The position numbers and the translations under genes were made by a program. Positions 37,865 through 50,009 of a stretch of DNA of 64,000 bases are shown here, in pieces. The first letter of the stretch is position 1, and the number at the start of each line of letters is the position of its first letter. The stretch comes from Somniosus microcephalus (Eukaryota): NCBI GenBank assembly GCA_052327205.1, contig CM126218.1, forward strand, positions 58,962,001 to 59,026,000. The letters are read 5' to 3'. The notes beneath the pieces were generated by a model that worked only from the letters and a program-made list of their open reading frames with translations, searched no databases and was not told where the DNA came from.

Positions 37865-39750
37865 ATAGTCTCACATTGTCATATAGTTTTCTTCCTCATT
37901 AATATTCTCCTCTTCCCTCCAGTGGTACCTGGTATTTCCACCCAATGACCATTATTTGAGTTGAGCCTCAACAGTGAGTGTCAGCAGCCTATTCAGGCAT
38001 GGGAATCACAGCCACGCCAGTGATAACACTTGCACTGCCATTCTGGCTGAAATGACCTAACCTCAGAACAGAACATGGATTCAACATGGGACCTCTTGGT
38101 TTGTATGGATCAGCTACTTTCTAGAAAACTCACCAATCCATTAGAGGAGTCCATAAATGTCTCCGTGTATCCAACTGAGAATCTGGTGCCCTTTCTACAA
38201 GCCTCCAATAATTCTCAGTCTATTTTACTTATGTCCGATTCCAAAATAATAACCCCCCCCCCCGTTAATTAAAAAAAGGACCACTGCAGTCTCTAAATGG
38301 ACATTTTTCATACAGCAAACCCACACTTCAGCGATTCTGATACGTGTTCAAGTGATAAAGCAACTGAAATAACTTTACAAAAATCATATTCAGAAACCAC
38401 TGTGAATTATCATCTCAACTAGAGCAAACAGAACTGCAAACATGACCTACCATAGATAAGTCACATTAATTGAATGATAGGTGAATGATGGTGCCAGATA
38501 GGTCACAAATGGAGACAACTTCACTGACGCATGTCGAGGTGATTAATTATCAGTCTCATTTCTTATAACCTACACTTTATGTATAAATCAAAAGCATCTG
38601 CTTCTAATGAAAATTTTGGGATTTTCAAATCAGCGTGTATATTCCTAAAAATTTTAAGCTAAAACCATTAATTAGGAAATGGAATGCATGATTAAATTGT
38701 TTTCTCTTTCTATTGGCTCTTCATTTTTAAGTGAGCTGTTAAGTTAAATGGTCTCAGCATGTTCCTGCATACTTTGAAGACATCTAGACATGATGTTGAA
38801 AGAGGAATGTTTTTTCATCAAATTATATAAATGTTCCTCCTCAGTGCGATCTAGGCAAGGATTATCCACTCTCTCCCAATTCTGCATTTGATCATAGTTC
38901 ACAGGCACAATGTGCTTGGCTATTGCACAGTGCCTGGGTGATCAGGCTATTAAAGGGCTGCCGAAAAGTTAATCAACAGATTATGCTAAATCTGAAGTCT
39001 ATGACAATCCAGTTTGATGGGGGATTGGGGCGAGGAAAGCGAGGGAGCTGATTTTTGGAAATTGTAGCAAAGGCATTATGCTTAAAGGAAGACATTTAAC
39101 TTCTAATTATAATTAAAATGAAAGCCGGTAATGCTGAATCTTGCTGATTGCAGCATTAGTGACATTTCCAGAAGTGTACAAATGCTGAAATAAGCATAAA
39201 TCTCTGTTAAAGGCATGCACTTTGACCATAATTAAAAGGAACTTAATGGGACACTTCCATAAAATGTCTGCACCAGCCGGTTAGTAACCAGTTAAGCAGT
39301 CATCCTTGAAATTCTTCCTCTATGTGGCATCTGAGCTAGTAACACAGATGGTAGCAGTTGGATTTCCTAACTAATACATATTTTGAACATAGAGCTATAT
39401 ATTTTTAACACACAACTCTCCCTCAATATAATGCCTGTCTTGAGTGACATGGGGAATTGCACTAAAGACAGCACTGTACAGTATATGGTATACAGTAAAG
39501 AATAGCAATGTACTAAAGGAAACACCATATATGGTATACATAAAACCAGTCTGGGAATCACAATAGTAATTTTTGTTCATCAGTCACCCACAGCTCAGAA
39601 AGAGGTTTAGGCAAAATCTGCTTTCGCTTTAGAACCTTCTGAATGCTTTCTCAGTATAAGCTGTGATTGTTTATTACTACTGGTACACCATGAACGATGG
39701 GCAACACTGTTAGTAATACCACATTTGATGTAAAGTTTAGACAAAGGTAA

Positions 39751-40275
39751 GTGAAGTACAAGGCACAAGTAAGAAATGTGATGGAATACTCTCCATTTGC
39801 CTGGATGAGTGCAGCCCCAACAACACTCAAGCGCGACACCATCCAGGACAATGCAGCCCGCTTGATTGGCACCCCATCCACCACCTTAAACATTCACTCC
39901 CTCCACCACCAGTGTACTGTGGCTGCAGTGTGTGCCATCTACAAGATGCACTGCGGCAACTCAACAAGGCTTCTTCGGCAGCACCTCCCAAACCTGCGAC
40001 CTCTTCCACCTAGAAGGCGCATGGGGAACACCACCACCTCCAAGTTCCCCTCCAAGTCACACACCATCCTGACTTGGAAATATATCGCCGATCCTTCATC
40101 GTCACTGGGTCAAAATCCTGGAACTCCCTCCCTAACAGCAGTGGGAGAACCTCCACCACACGGACTACAGCAGTTCAAGTAGATGGCTCACCACCACCTT
40201 CTCAAGGGCAATTAGGGATGGGTAATAAATGCTGGCCTTGCCAGCAATGCCCACATCCCATAAACAAATTTTAAA
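39751..40275 (+). mobile_element. CR1/Jockey-group LINE 3' fragment (YKAQVRS family)
   Basis: YKAQVRNVMEYSPFAW..IQDNAARLIG; shared 3' end. Confidence 0.85.
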
Positions 40276-41864
40276 AAGTCATAACAAAATATTTAAATAC
40301 CAGGAAGTGACCAGTTATCTCGAACTGTAGAATGCAATGCTTTTGAAAAGCAGCAAATATGGTCTGCTATTAAGTGCAGTGAGCTGTCACTGAACACAAA
40401 TTAGCATCAATTGCTTATGAAGAGTAGAGTAGCATCAATTAAAATGGATGAATAAATATCTGAATTTTTGTTAAGCATTATTAACTGCTGCTCAACTACA
40501 GGAACTGAACAGTAAAAAATACATACAGTACCCAGTTTTGGGAGCCAAGCAAAAATAGTGCTATCTGAAAAAATCTGTTGCACCAAGGGACAGCTAGAAC
40601 TTACACTACAGAAGTATTTAGAACCGGCAAGCAGTTCAGAAAATTCAACAGTTTTTAGAAACCTATTTTTCATTGACTGCACTATACAGTAGAGTCTACA
40701 TGGTTTGATTATTCTTGTGAGCTCCTTATTTGATCACACGGTTTCATAGCACAAATCAAAATGGTCATTTTATGAAAAAGGAACCAATCTAAATTTGGAC
40801 TTGGGATTTGCTCAATTACCCTGGTAGATCTCTCTATACGCCTTCTCTACTTCAACGATTGGCACCTAGGGCACTCCATACTTTACAGAGAGGTGCATTT
40901 TATCAGCCCAATGTTACATATTATCTACTACATACTTAAAAAAAAAGACAGCATGGGGGAAAAAATACAAATTTTCAACTCATGACAAATATATCATTTT
41001 TAAATAGATTTAATTATTAAATCATTGCATCAATAGGCATCAGTAGGGATCATAGCAGAAATGTAAGGAATCTATTTTATTCCTTGTGATGTCACAAAAT
41101 CAATGGGATGAAAATCTGGCAGGTTCTACAACAGGCGGGTGATCCACTCCGCCAGATTACGCCCACATGCTGAAGTTGAAATTTACCCCCATTGTGCCAA
41201 AGAGGTGCTGCATGTGTTAATATGCTATGAAATATTCCTGGATGCATTGCTAACAGTCTGCAATTTTAAATAGCTTTTCTATAAACCGCTTTGGTTTTAA
41301 TAATATTAAGTAGCAGATAATTTATGTACATATTTCAAAGGATTTTCAATAGAGTGCATCATTGAAAAGCAACGATTCAGCTTCTGGCTTTTATGGTGTG
41401 CCAACTATCAGGCAACATATGACATGTGGGCAGTATCCTACTCTTAAAAGCATCCTATGATTCCTGACATTGTTCCCCATTAAAGTCTTGAACTGCTGCA
41501 ATATAGTCTGACCAAGACACTACAGTTTATGTAGAAGAATTCTTCCATATATTTATTTTAAAAATCTAACAAACATTGCCTGTGTGCATCAAATTCAGGG
41601 CTTTTGTTGCAGGTATGTGAAGGGCTGCTTTAAAAAAATACGTTTTTTTTATAGACGTACAATTGGTTCTCCTTCAGGGAAGGTAACTTGCTTCCCCTAC
41701 CCACTCTGAACTACAAGTGATTTTAATTAAAATTAGCTGGTTGACTCTTAATGCCCACTAAAATGGCCCAGCAATCCAGTCAGTTGTACAAAACAATTGC
41801 TAGAGGGCTCAACGCCACCTTCTCACCAACTAGGGATAGGCAAGAAATGCAGCATTATAAATGT

Positions 41865-43440
41865 ATGATTAGAGATGTGGTGTAGGAGGGAAGGGTTCAG
41901 ATTCCTGAAGTATTGGGATCAGTTCTGGGGTAGAAATAGGCTGTACCAATAGGATGGTGTACAATTAAACAGAGCTGGATCAATATTCTTGCAGGAGAGG
42001 TTAACAGGAGTTATCGGGGAGAGTTGTTTTAAAAAAAAAACTAATAGGGTAGGGGAACGGGAGAGGTAGAGTAGGGTACACACTTTTGAAGTAAAGCTTT
42101 AGGTGTATAGGGAATAAGAAGGTAGAAAGATTGAAAAAGGTGAAGCAAGACAAGATAGTAAAAATAAATCAGCACGGAGATGCAAAGAAGGAAGAAATTG
42201 TCAAACTAAGGGATTTGAGCAGATGAACAATAAGGGATCAGCTTTATTACTGGGAGTATATTATAGACTGCCAAATATTAGAAATTAAATGGAGGATGAA
42301 AGTTATAGACAAATTAGAGAGGCATGTATTAACAGTTATAATTGTAGGAGATTTTAATTATACAAACATATACTGGGATAGGGAAAATAATTGTGGTAAA
42401 AAGGAGGGGGTATTTTTGCAGTCTGTTCAGGACTGTTTTCTCAATCAATCACCATTCCAGCAAGGAAAGAAGCACTACTTGACCTGGTTCTGGGTAATGA
42501 AGCAGATCAAGCAGTGAACATAAAAGTAGGGGAATATTTGCAAAACTGTGATAAGATAATTAAGTTCAGTGCAAGACTAGAAAAAGAAAGGATGCTTGGC
42601 ATGAAAAAAAAATAAATAGCACGATAAAATGGGGGCTTACCCAGATTAAATGCAAGGAAACAAATGGCAAATAGAACTAAAGCTCAGTAATGGTAAATAG
42701 TTAACCAAGTGATGGAAAAGGTTTAAACATAGATGATTCTAGCAAGAACAAAAGGGCACGTATCGAAGAAACCAAATTAGAACATAAAAAAAATATTCTT
42801 ACAGGGCAGATAATGAAAATGAAAGGTCAGGAAAAATATAAAGGCAATAGAAAAGCTACAAAAATAGAAATTTTAAGAGGGAGAATGAGACAAAATAAGG
42901 AAAAACATTATCAGCAATAAAGAGAGCTTCTATTGGCATGCACTGCAGCAACTTGCCACGGCTTCTTCGGCAGCACCTCCCAAAGCTGCGCCCTCCACTA
43001 CCTTGAAGGGCAAGGGCAGCAGATGCATAGAAAAACCATCACCTCCAAGTTCCCCTCCAAGTCACACACCATCTTGACTTGGACAATATCCCCTTTCTGT
43101 CATTGTCGCTGGGTCAAAATCCTGGAACTCTCTGCCTAACAGCATTTGGGGGGGGCACCTTCACCACACAGACTGCAGCTGTTCAAGAGGAAGACACCCC
43201 ACCACATTCTCAGGGCAACTAGGGTTGGGCAATAAATTCTGGCCTTGCCAGCAAAACCCACATCCTGCCTATGAATAAAATAAATTAATAGGAAGAGGAG
43301 AGTCAAGGTAGGGGTAAGGCCACAAAGAGATAAATGAGACACGCTTGCAGTGGAATGTGATGAAATGGCAGAGATACTGAATAAGTATTTTGCTTCAGTT
43401 TTCAAAGAGAAGGTGGATATTGAGATTGTAGAACCACCTT
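41865..43440 (+). mobile_element. Very degenerate CR1 (ORF1 end to mid ORF2), interrupted at about 42932-43285 by a YKAQVRS-family LINE end
   Basis: WCRREGFRFLKYWDQFWG (ORF1 C-terminus), IVGDFNY and EMAEILNKYFASVF motifs. Confidence 0.75.
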
Positions 43441-43454
43441 GAGGCAAATGTACA

Positions 43455-44002
43455 TAAAGAACAAGGCACAAGTCAGGAGTGTGATGGAATACTCTCCACT
43501 TGCCTGGATGAGTGCAGCTCCAACAACACTCAAGAAGCTCGACACCATTCAGGATAAAGTAGCCCGCTTGATTGGCACTCCATCCACCACCGTCAACATT
43601 CACTCCCTCCACCACCGGCGCACTGTGGCTGCAATGTGTACCATCTACAAGATGCACTGCAGCAACTCACCAAAGCTCATTCAACAGCACCTTCCAAACC
43701 CGCGACCTCTACCACTTAGAAGGACAAGGGCAGCAGACGCATGGGAACATCACCACCTACAAGTTCCCCTCCAAGCCACACACCATCTTGACTTGGACCT
43801 GTATCGCCGCTCCTTCACTGTCGCTGGGCCAAAATCCTGGAACTCCCTTCCTAACAGCATTGTGGGTGTACCTACACCATATGGACTGCAGCGGTTCAAG
43901 GCGGCGGCTCACCACCATCTTCTCAAGGGCAATTAGGGATGGGCACTAAATGCAGGCCTAGCCAGCCAGCGACGCCCACATCCCATCAATGAATAAAAAA
44001 AC
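43455..44002 (+). mobile_element. CR1/Jockey-group LINE 3' fragment (YKAQVRS family)
   Basis: KAQVRSVMEYSPLAWMSAAPTTLKKLDTIQDK...HHHLLKGN*. Confidence 0.88.
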
Positions 44003-44003
44003 C

Positions 44004-44285
44004 CATAAGAAATAGGAGGAGTAGGCCATTCGGCCCTTCGAGCCTGCTCCGCCATTCAATGAGATCATGGCTGATCTTCTGCCTCAACTCCATTCACCGG
44101 CCCTATCACCATATCCCTTGATGCCCTTACTAGTCAGAAATCTATCGACTTCTGTTTTGAATATACCCAATGACTGAGCCTCCATAGCCCTCTGGGGTAG
44201 AGAATTCCAAAGATTCACCACCCTCTGTGTGAAGAAATTTCTTCTCATCTCAGTCCTGAATGGCCTATCCTTTATCCTGAGGCTA
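44004..44285 (-). mobile_element. CR1 3' end
   Basis: FRTEMRRNFFTQRVVNLWNSLP; 3'UTR stem-loop. Confidence 0.9.
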
Positions 44286-45099
44286 CTAGTGTGTAGTAGC
44301 AGACTAGATAATAAATGATAATAAATTGTTGGCAAACACCATAAAATACTAAACCCAATGACTTTGAAAGTCATGTTAATTGCTGGCCCTAGATACATTA
44401 CAACTGGAATTTCTCCAAAATATTTGAATGACTGAGATCTTCATGGCACTTATTCCCCAGCATCAACTCTTATTTTGCAATTTGGTGGGATACTTGCATT
44501 TTTTTGTAACATTAGTGAATATTTTATCACCACCAATTAACCACCATTCCATTACATGAAAAAATACCAGGAGCAGATATTTCAATTCCTTAAAATATTC
44601 AAATTGACTATGAAAACTGATTAATAAATAAAAAAATCAATGCTGTTCTGAATATTTTCAGGTCTAAAACCAGATTAAACTGAGCGCATACAACCTTTTT
44701 ATATCTTGTAAATTTTGATTCAAGGTTATGTAATTCAGGTAAATTTGCTTGTTACTTAATCAAATCTACAGCTGGTTTATTTAGTGTGTAGCTTCCGAGT
44801 CCGTTAACTATAAGATTTATTTTTGCTATAGCATCTGCAGGTAGGCAGGAAATTCTTATTCTGTACACTGACAAAGTAACCATGATTAATAATGCTGAGG
44901 TGGTGACAATGTTTTTCCCTGCAGCATTACGTGTCTATAGCTATTCTTGCTTAGCGTATATCCTACTCCATGTAATAAGCATGTGAACATTTCAATTTTT
45001 AAAAATCGTATTGACTCTCTCCAACTAAAAAGTGCCTTTAGTTATAATGCATAACCCTATTAAATCACCCTGGAAATGATCAGATTTATACATATGGAG

Positions 45100-45810
45100 A
45101 TCTTCAAAATGGTCATCACCCATCCTTTCAAAGCACTCTTGACCACTTCACCCTTTCTAATTAATGCCCCATCTTTAACCCCTCTCCCCACCCCCTCCTA
45201 ACAAATATGTTCAAATATGCATTAACACTCAATTCTCTCCCTGCTCGAAGCCCTTCGGTGGAGCTTCCACCCTGCCAACAGATTCACGATTACCCTGGTC
45301 AAATTCAGCAAGGACTAAGTGGCTGCAACCATGATGCATTAAACCTTCTTGATCTCTCCATGGCTTCCAATGAAGTTGATCACTCTATCCTCTTTGGCAG
45401 GCTCTCCTCTGTGGTACTGCTCCATTGTCATTTCATCCATACTTGTCCCAGCATAGTCATTATGTCTTGTCCAATGGCTTCTTCTCTTGTGCTGGCATGG
45501 TCAGCTCCAGGATGTTCTAAGGTTCTGTCACTGGCCCCCTCCTTGGCCTATCTATGTGCTGTCTCAGGCAACATTATCCGTATGCAAGGAAATCAAGTTC
45601 CAGTTGTGCGCCAATGGCACCAAACCTTATTGCTCCTTCAGCACCCTCGATTCTATGACTGCTGCAGTGCTATCCAACATCAAATCATGGATGAAACAGA
45701 ATCTTCTCCAGCTCAACATTGACAAGACTGAAGCCATTCTATTTGGCTCTTACTGGAAGCTTTGTGCTTCAGGTACTATTTCTATCCCTCTGAATGGCTA
45801 CCTTTAATGG
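45100..45810 (+). mobile_element. Degenerate L2 LINE RT fragment
   Basis: LLDLSMA..VDHSIL and LSNIKSWMKQNLLQLNIDKTEAILFG motifs. Confidence 0.78.
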
Positions 45811-46659
45811 CATGTATTAACTGCTATCATTTTAAAGTCAGTTTAAAGACAAGATTTATTTGCAAGAATAAGGACTGATCCAAAGAAATTCTTTTGAAGT
45901 AAAACTGCTTTTAGAGCACTATGCAACAGGTAAGCCTGCCACTTGGACTTGTAGGGCTCTTTGGGAGAGAGTGTTATTCCACATATGGTTTTCAGCCATA
46001 GCTGATGCTTCTTGAAATGTTCCAGATTTTGTTGAGAATTCTAGTATACTCAACATGTTCAGCAAAGGGGAACTCTCCTGCATAAGAGAAAGATATTTGA
46101 CAAATACTAAACTTTACTGTGCAGTCCTTAGAGCAAGAGAGCATACCCTCACTTCAACAGCATACTTTAATGTTTTGCAGTCTGCAAAATATTAGCTACC
46201 AGTGGAAATGCATTGCTTTTCATAAAGACTTGGGCTCTCCTGCAAATAGACTGAATCTAAAGCACAACATACAGAGCACAGGTGTCTACTTAAGCTGTAA
46301 TGTCAGAGGCTCTTGTATAAAAACACATTTCTCTGACAAAGGTACCATCAGTACAAGTTTGGAAGAAGTCTGAAACAACATCTGCACCTTTGCCCCTGAG
46401 GACTTTGAAACAGATGGTCTGCTTTCCCACAGATCAGTGGCCATGCATAGCCAATGCCTAATTCCACTGGCATACTAGGGATGAGCTTTAGGTTGATTAC
46501 CTATCCTCTCAGCCAAATACAAAGAGACTTATGCATTAAACTGGTCAAGAGAGATGTGCTCAGGAGAAATTATATATTTATCCTTTCACTTCTTAACTAG
46601 AAATCCAGATGGTTATTTGAAACCTCCAAGTATATCAGAAAAAAGCATACTGAATAAGC

Positions 46660-46960
46660 ATATGTTCATTGGGACTACCATGGGACTGTGGGTTCTTAGA
46701 TACAGGATTAAATGTAAGACAATAGGACAGAGAGCAGGAAAAGCTTTTTTTTTAATAAACAGAGGGTTGTGAGGCTGTGGAATGCTCTGCTGGAGTTAGA
46801 GACCATATCAACTTCTAAAATAGGATGGGTAAGTAGTTGAAGAAAAGGGAGTTAAAGAACGATGGGAACAGGGCAGGCACATTAGGACTACTGCTCGTGG
46901 CGGATAAACACGAACTGGTTGGGCTGAAAGTTTCCACATTGTAATTTCTGTGCAACCAAT
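46660..46960 (+). mobile_element. Degenerate CR1 3' end
   Basis: cagagggttgtgaggctgtggaatgctctgc (QRVVRLWNAL). Confidence 0.65.
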
Positions 46961-49888
46961 TTTAGCTCTGCATTGTTAGACAGTTGACAGTGCATTTTCA
47001 TGTGAGATTAAGGCAAAAAGAATAAATACTTATATAAATTTGACTTAACGTTGCAATCAGCCTTTAAAGGAATTAGTCTTAAAGAAATTGCATATATATG
47101 TTTATACTGAAAGTGCATGTCTGTATCTATGGAAACATTTAGAATAATCATTCCAGATGGTTGTTATTTGTCATCAGAAAGCTGGATCTTTTCCCAGCTA
47201 AGAGAGTTTATGAATTATAATGTTCCAATTTTAGCAGGGAAATGCATAATCTCGCATACAAGTTCACAGTTCATTTTTCAGTAGAAAGCAAATCAGTGAT
47301 CAAGTATTTCCTTAAGCCAGGGAATAATTTCAAGTAAAAATGCAATGATGGATTTGACGGTCTGGGATAAAAAGTCAAAGACCAGAGGTTGTTTAATGCC
47401 TCATTTGAATAAATTTAAAAACAAACGCACATCTAAAGAGTATGTGAGTAGATATGCAAGGTAATGTCTTGGTCATGGCTGATAATCAAATCTACCTGTG
47501 AAGTCAGTTAGAGCGCTACAATATAATGGTACACCCCAACTAGGAAGAAAACAAATTGATGCCTATTCATACTTCAAGAAGGCATTTTGCAATATTGCTC
47601 TTGATCATGGAATTCATTCCATTTATAGCACAGATGGAATCTATAGCACTGAACCATGTTTATACTTTTATGGCAGGTGTAGCTAACTGAAGTGGAGGAA
47701 AAGCAGAAGGAAGAAACTTCTCTTCAGTTGGGTCTTGGGGTCTCGTTTACTTTAAAACAATGCCAAAATAATTTGCAGCACATGTTCTTGTCAACTCACC
47801 TGAGAGAATGAGACATTTTGGGAGCGGCAATAATGGTAATCTTATGAAATATGAAACTGTCAATTTCCCAACTCAAAGGTGGCAATGTTTTTTTTAGAAA
47901 ATAAAAAGGGGGAAAGATAGGAAATAATTATTATTTTAAAAAATCTGAGTAATTTATTTTTCTTCACAACTAGCACAGTAATGTATCTGAAACAATTTCC
48001 ATATAGCTTCCAAGAACATACAAGAGAGAAATATTTCTGTATCGTGCATTATGCCCAATTATCAAATGTTTTATTCAATAAATTAGTCTACAGAAGCAGT
48101 AATATTAATGTCATAACCTCAATTTGTTTATCTTGGTGTCAAAATAGGTTCAATGATGCAAAAGAAACCTTCAAAAAAGGTTCATCTCACCATCATGTAG
48201 ATTTTAATAAACTAAATCATTTGACTTGTGCTGTGTGGACTGCATGCTAAACAAAAATTATTTAATCTCTTAACCCAGTGACTATTGTGATATTCCTGCA
48301 GTCATAATCAAAAATATAAAAGGACTACAATTCTATTTACTCAGAAGTACTAAATTCTACTCCAGCATCTCAGCTGGGTACATTCTTATGTGAAATCCCA
48401 ACAGTGACTACCAAACTGTTTAACCATGGGAGGGGAGGGGACAGGAAGGAGAGGTCAGTCCCCAGTTACATTTTTACCCAAACATAAAAGTATTTGCTAA
48501 CACAGATAAAAGAAAGTCATTCTTACAGTTGTTTGAAAAATACTTAAAGATGTAAAACACTAGTATTTGAACACTGCACTGTTCAGGGTGTTGTTTGCAT
48601 CCACTAGGCTGTAGGATCAATAGTTTCTAATAATCTAGCATTAAAATAAAACGTCTTCGCTCTACATTGAGTCCGTCATTGTGACCATCAACTCAGGCAA
48701 TTTTCTACATTCTCATTGGGCCTTACAACAGTGTTTAAACTTATTAAAAGTATTTCACATGGTAAATTAAGTGGTTAACTCTGGTTTTCTTGTTCCCTCT
48801 TTCTTGCTGGGGCACTCGGCAACTTCCAATCCCAGTAATTATTTCAAGTGCACTTCTAAACCATCTTTATAGGGATGCTTGTTTAGGTCGGATTCCAGGG
48901 CTTCAGTGTCCATGCGCCGACTCCGATTACTTACGCTACTAAAACTGGCTTTCTTATCCTGCCACTAGGCTCAAACGCACAAAAACTGGATTCTGCCTCC
49001 GGGAGGGAACCTAATTTAGAACTATAAACAATAGAAGCCAGCTCCTGGAATCTGACCTAAAAGCCACAATGAAGGGATTTTAAAGAGCAAGTCGCAAAAC
49101 TTGGAGAAGTTGGGTGCCACATAGTGGTGTGAAGGAAGATGACATGTTTTGTAACAGGAACAGGGACTGTGTATTTGAAAATTCACACTGATGATTAATG
49201 CTGCTGCAAACTGAAGTGTGAACATTCAGCACAAAATACAGTAGCTAGTGCAAACAACAGCATGAAGGAAGGATTGTAGCACTAGAGCTGGTAGAAATGG
49301 GAAGTAGTGATCAATGAGGCCAGATTTTAACATTACTATACAAAGAAATCCCCATCAATATTACATTTCCAGATTTACCATAACTCAAAATATTAATTTA
49401 ATGCTTACTGAAGGAAATGTGATATATTGCGCCGTCTAGTTGATTGATTACTAAACAGTAAAGATGAAAAATGAATCCTAATCTGCATCAGGTGATTCAT
49501 GTGCAATGAATAGACAAAGAGCTGATCTTCTGCACCCATTCACCATCAATAAGCAGGAAATCTAGTCCATGTGTGCATCTCCTTACATCTTGTAAGACCC
49601 AATATTCTGAACCAACAACCACATTACAACTCCCACAAGGCACTAAGCAGCCCAGCTTCCATCACAATGCATGTGCAGAGGGCACAAATGAGGCTGATGG
49701 GTAGAGAACCAAGCAACTAGATTACAGCTCCCACAAACCACAACACAGCCCCAGGCTCTGGACCCGCTTCTTCCCTTCCTTCGACACTGTAGCAAACACA
49801 AGCCCCACACTTTGCCATTCTCTTCCTCCATCAACGCCAACTTGACTCCCTAGCCCACTCTCCTGATATTCAGACCTTGCTTAATCTG

Positions 49889-50009
49889 TTACTTCTCCAA
49901 CTTTTTCCAGTTCTGACGAAGGGTCATCGACCCGAAACGTTAACTCTGTTTCTCTCTCCACGATGCTGCCTGACCTGCTGAGTGTTTCCAGCATTTTCTG
50001 TTGTTGTTT
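49889..50009 (+). mobile_element. 121-bp Penelope-like pLTR fragment with a minimal hammerhead ribozyme motif
   Basis: 13-bp TSD CTTGCTTAATCTG (49876-49888, 50010-50022); CTGACGA-A-GGGTC-ATC-GACCC-GAAACGTT. Confidence 0.75.
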
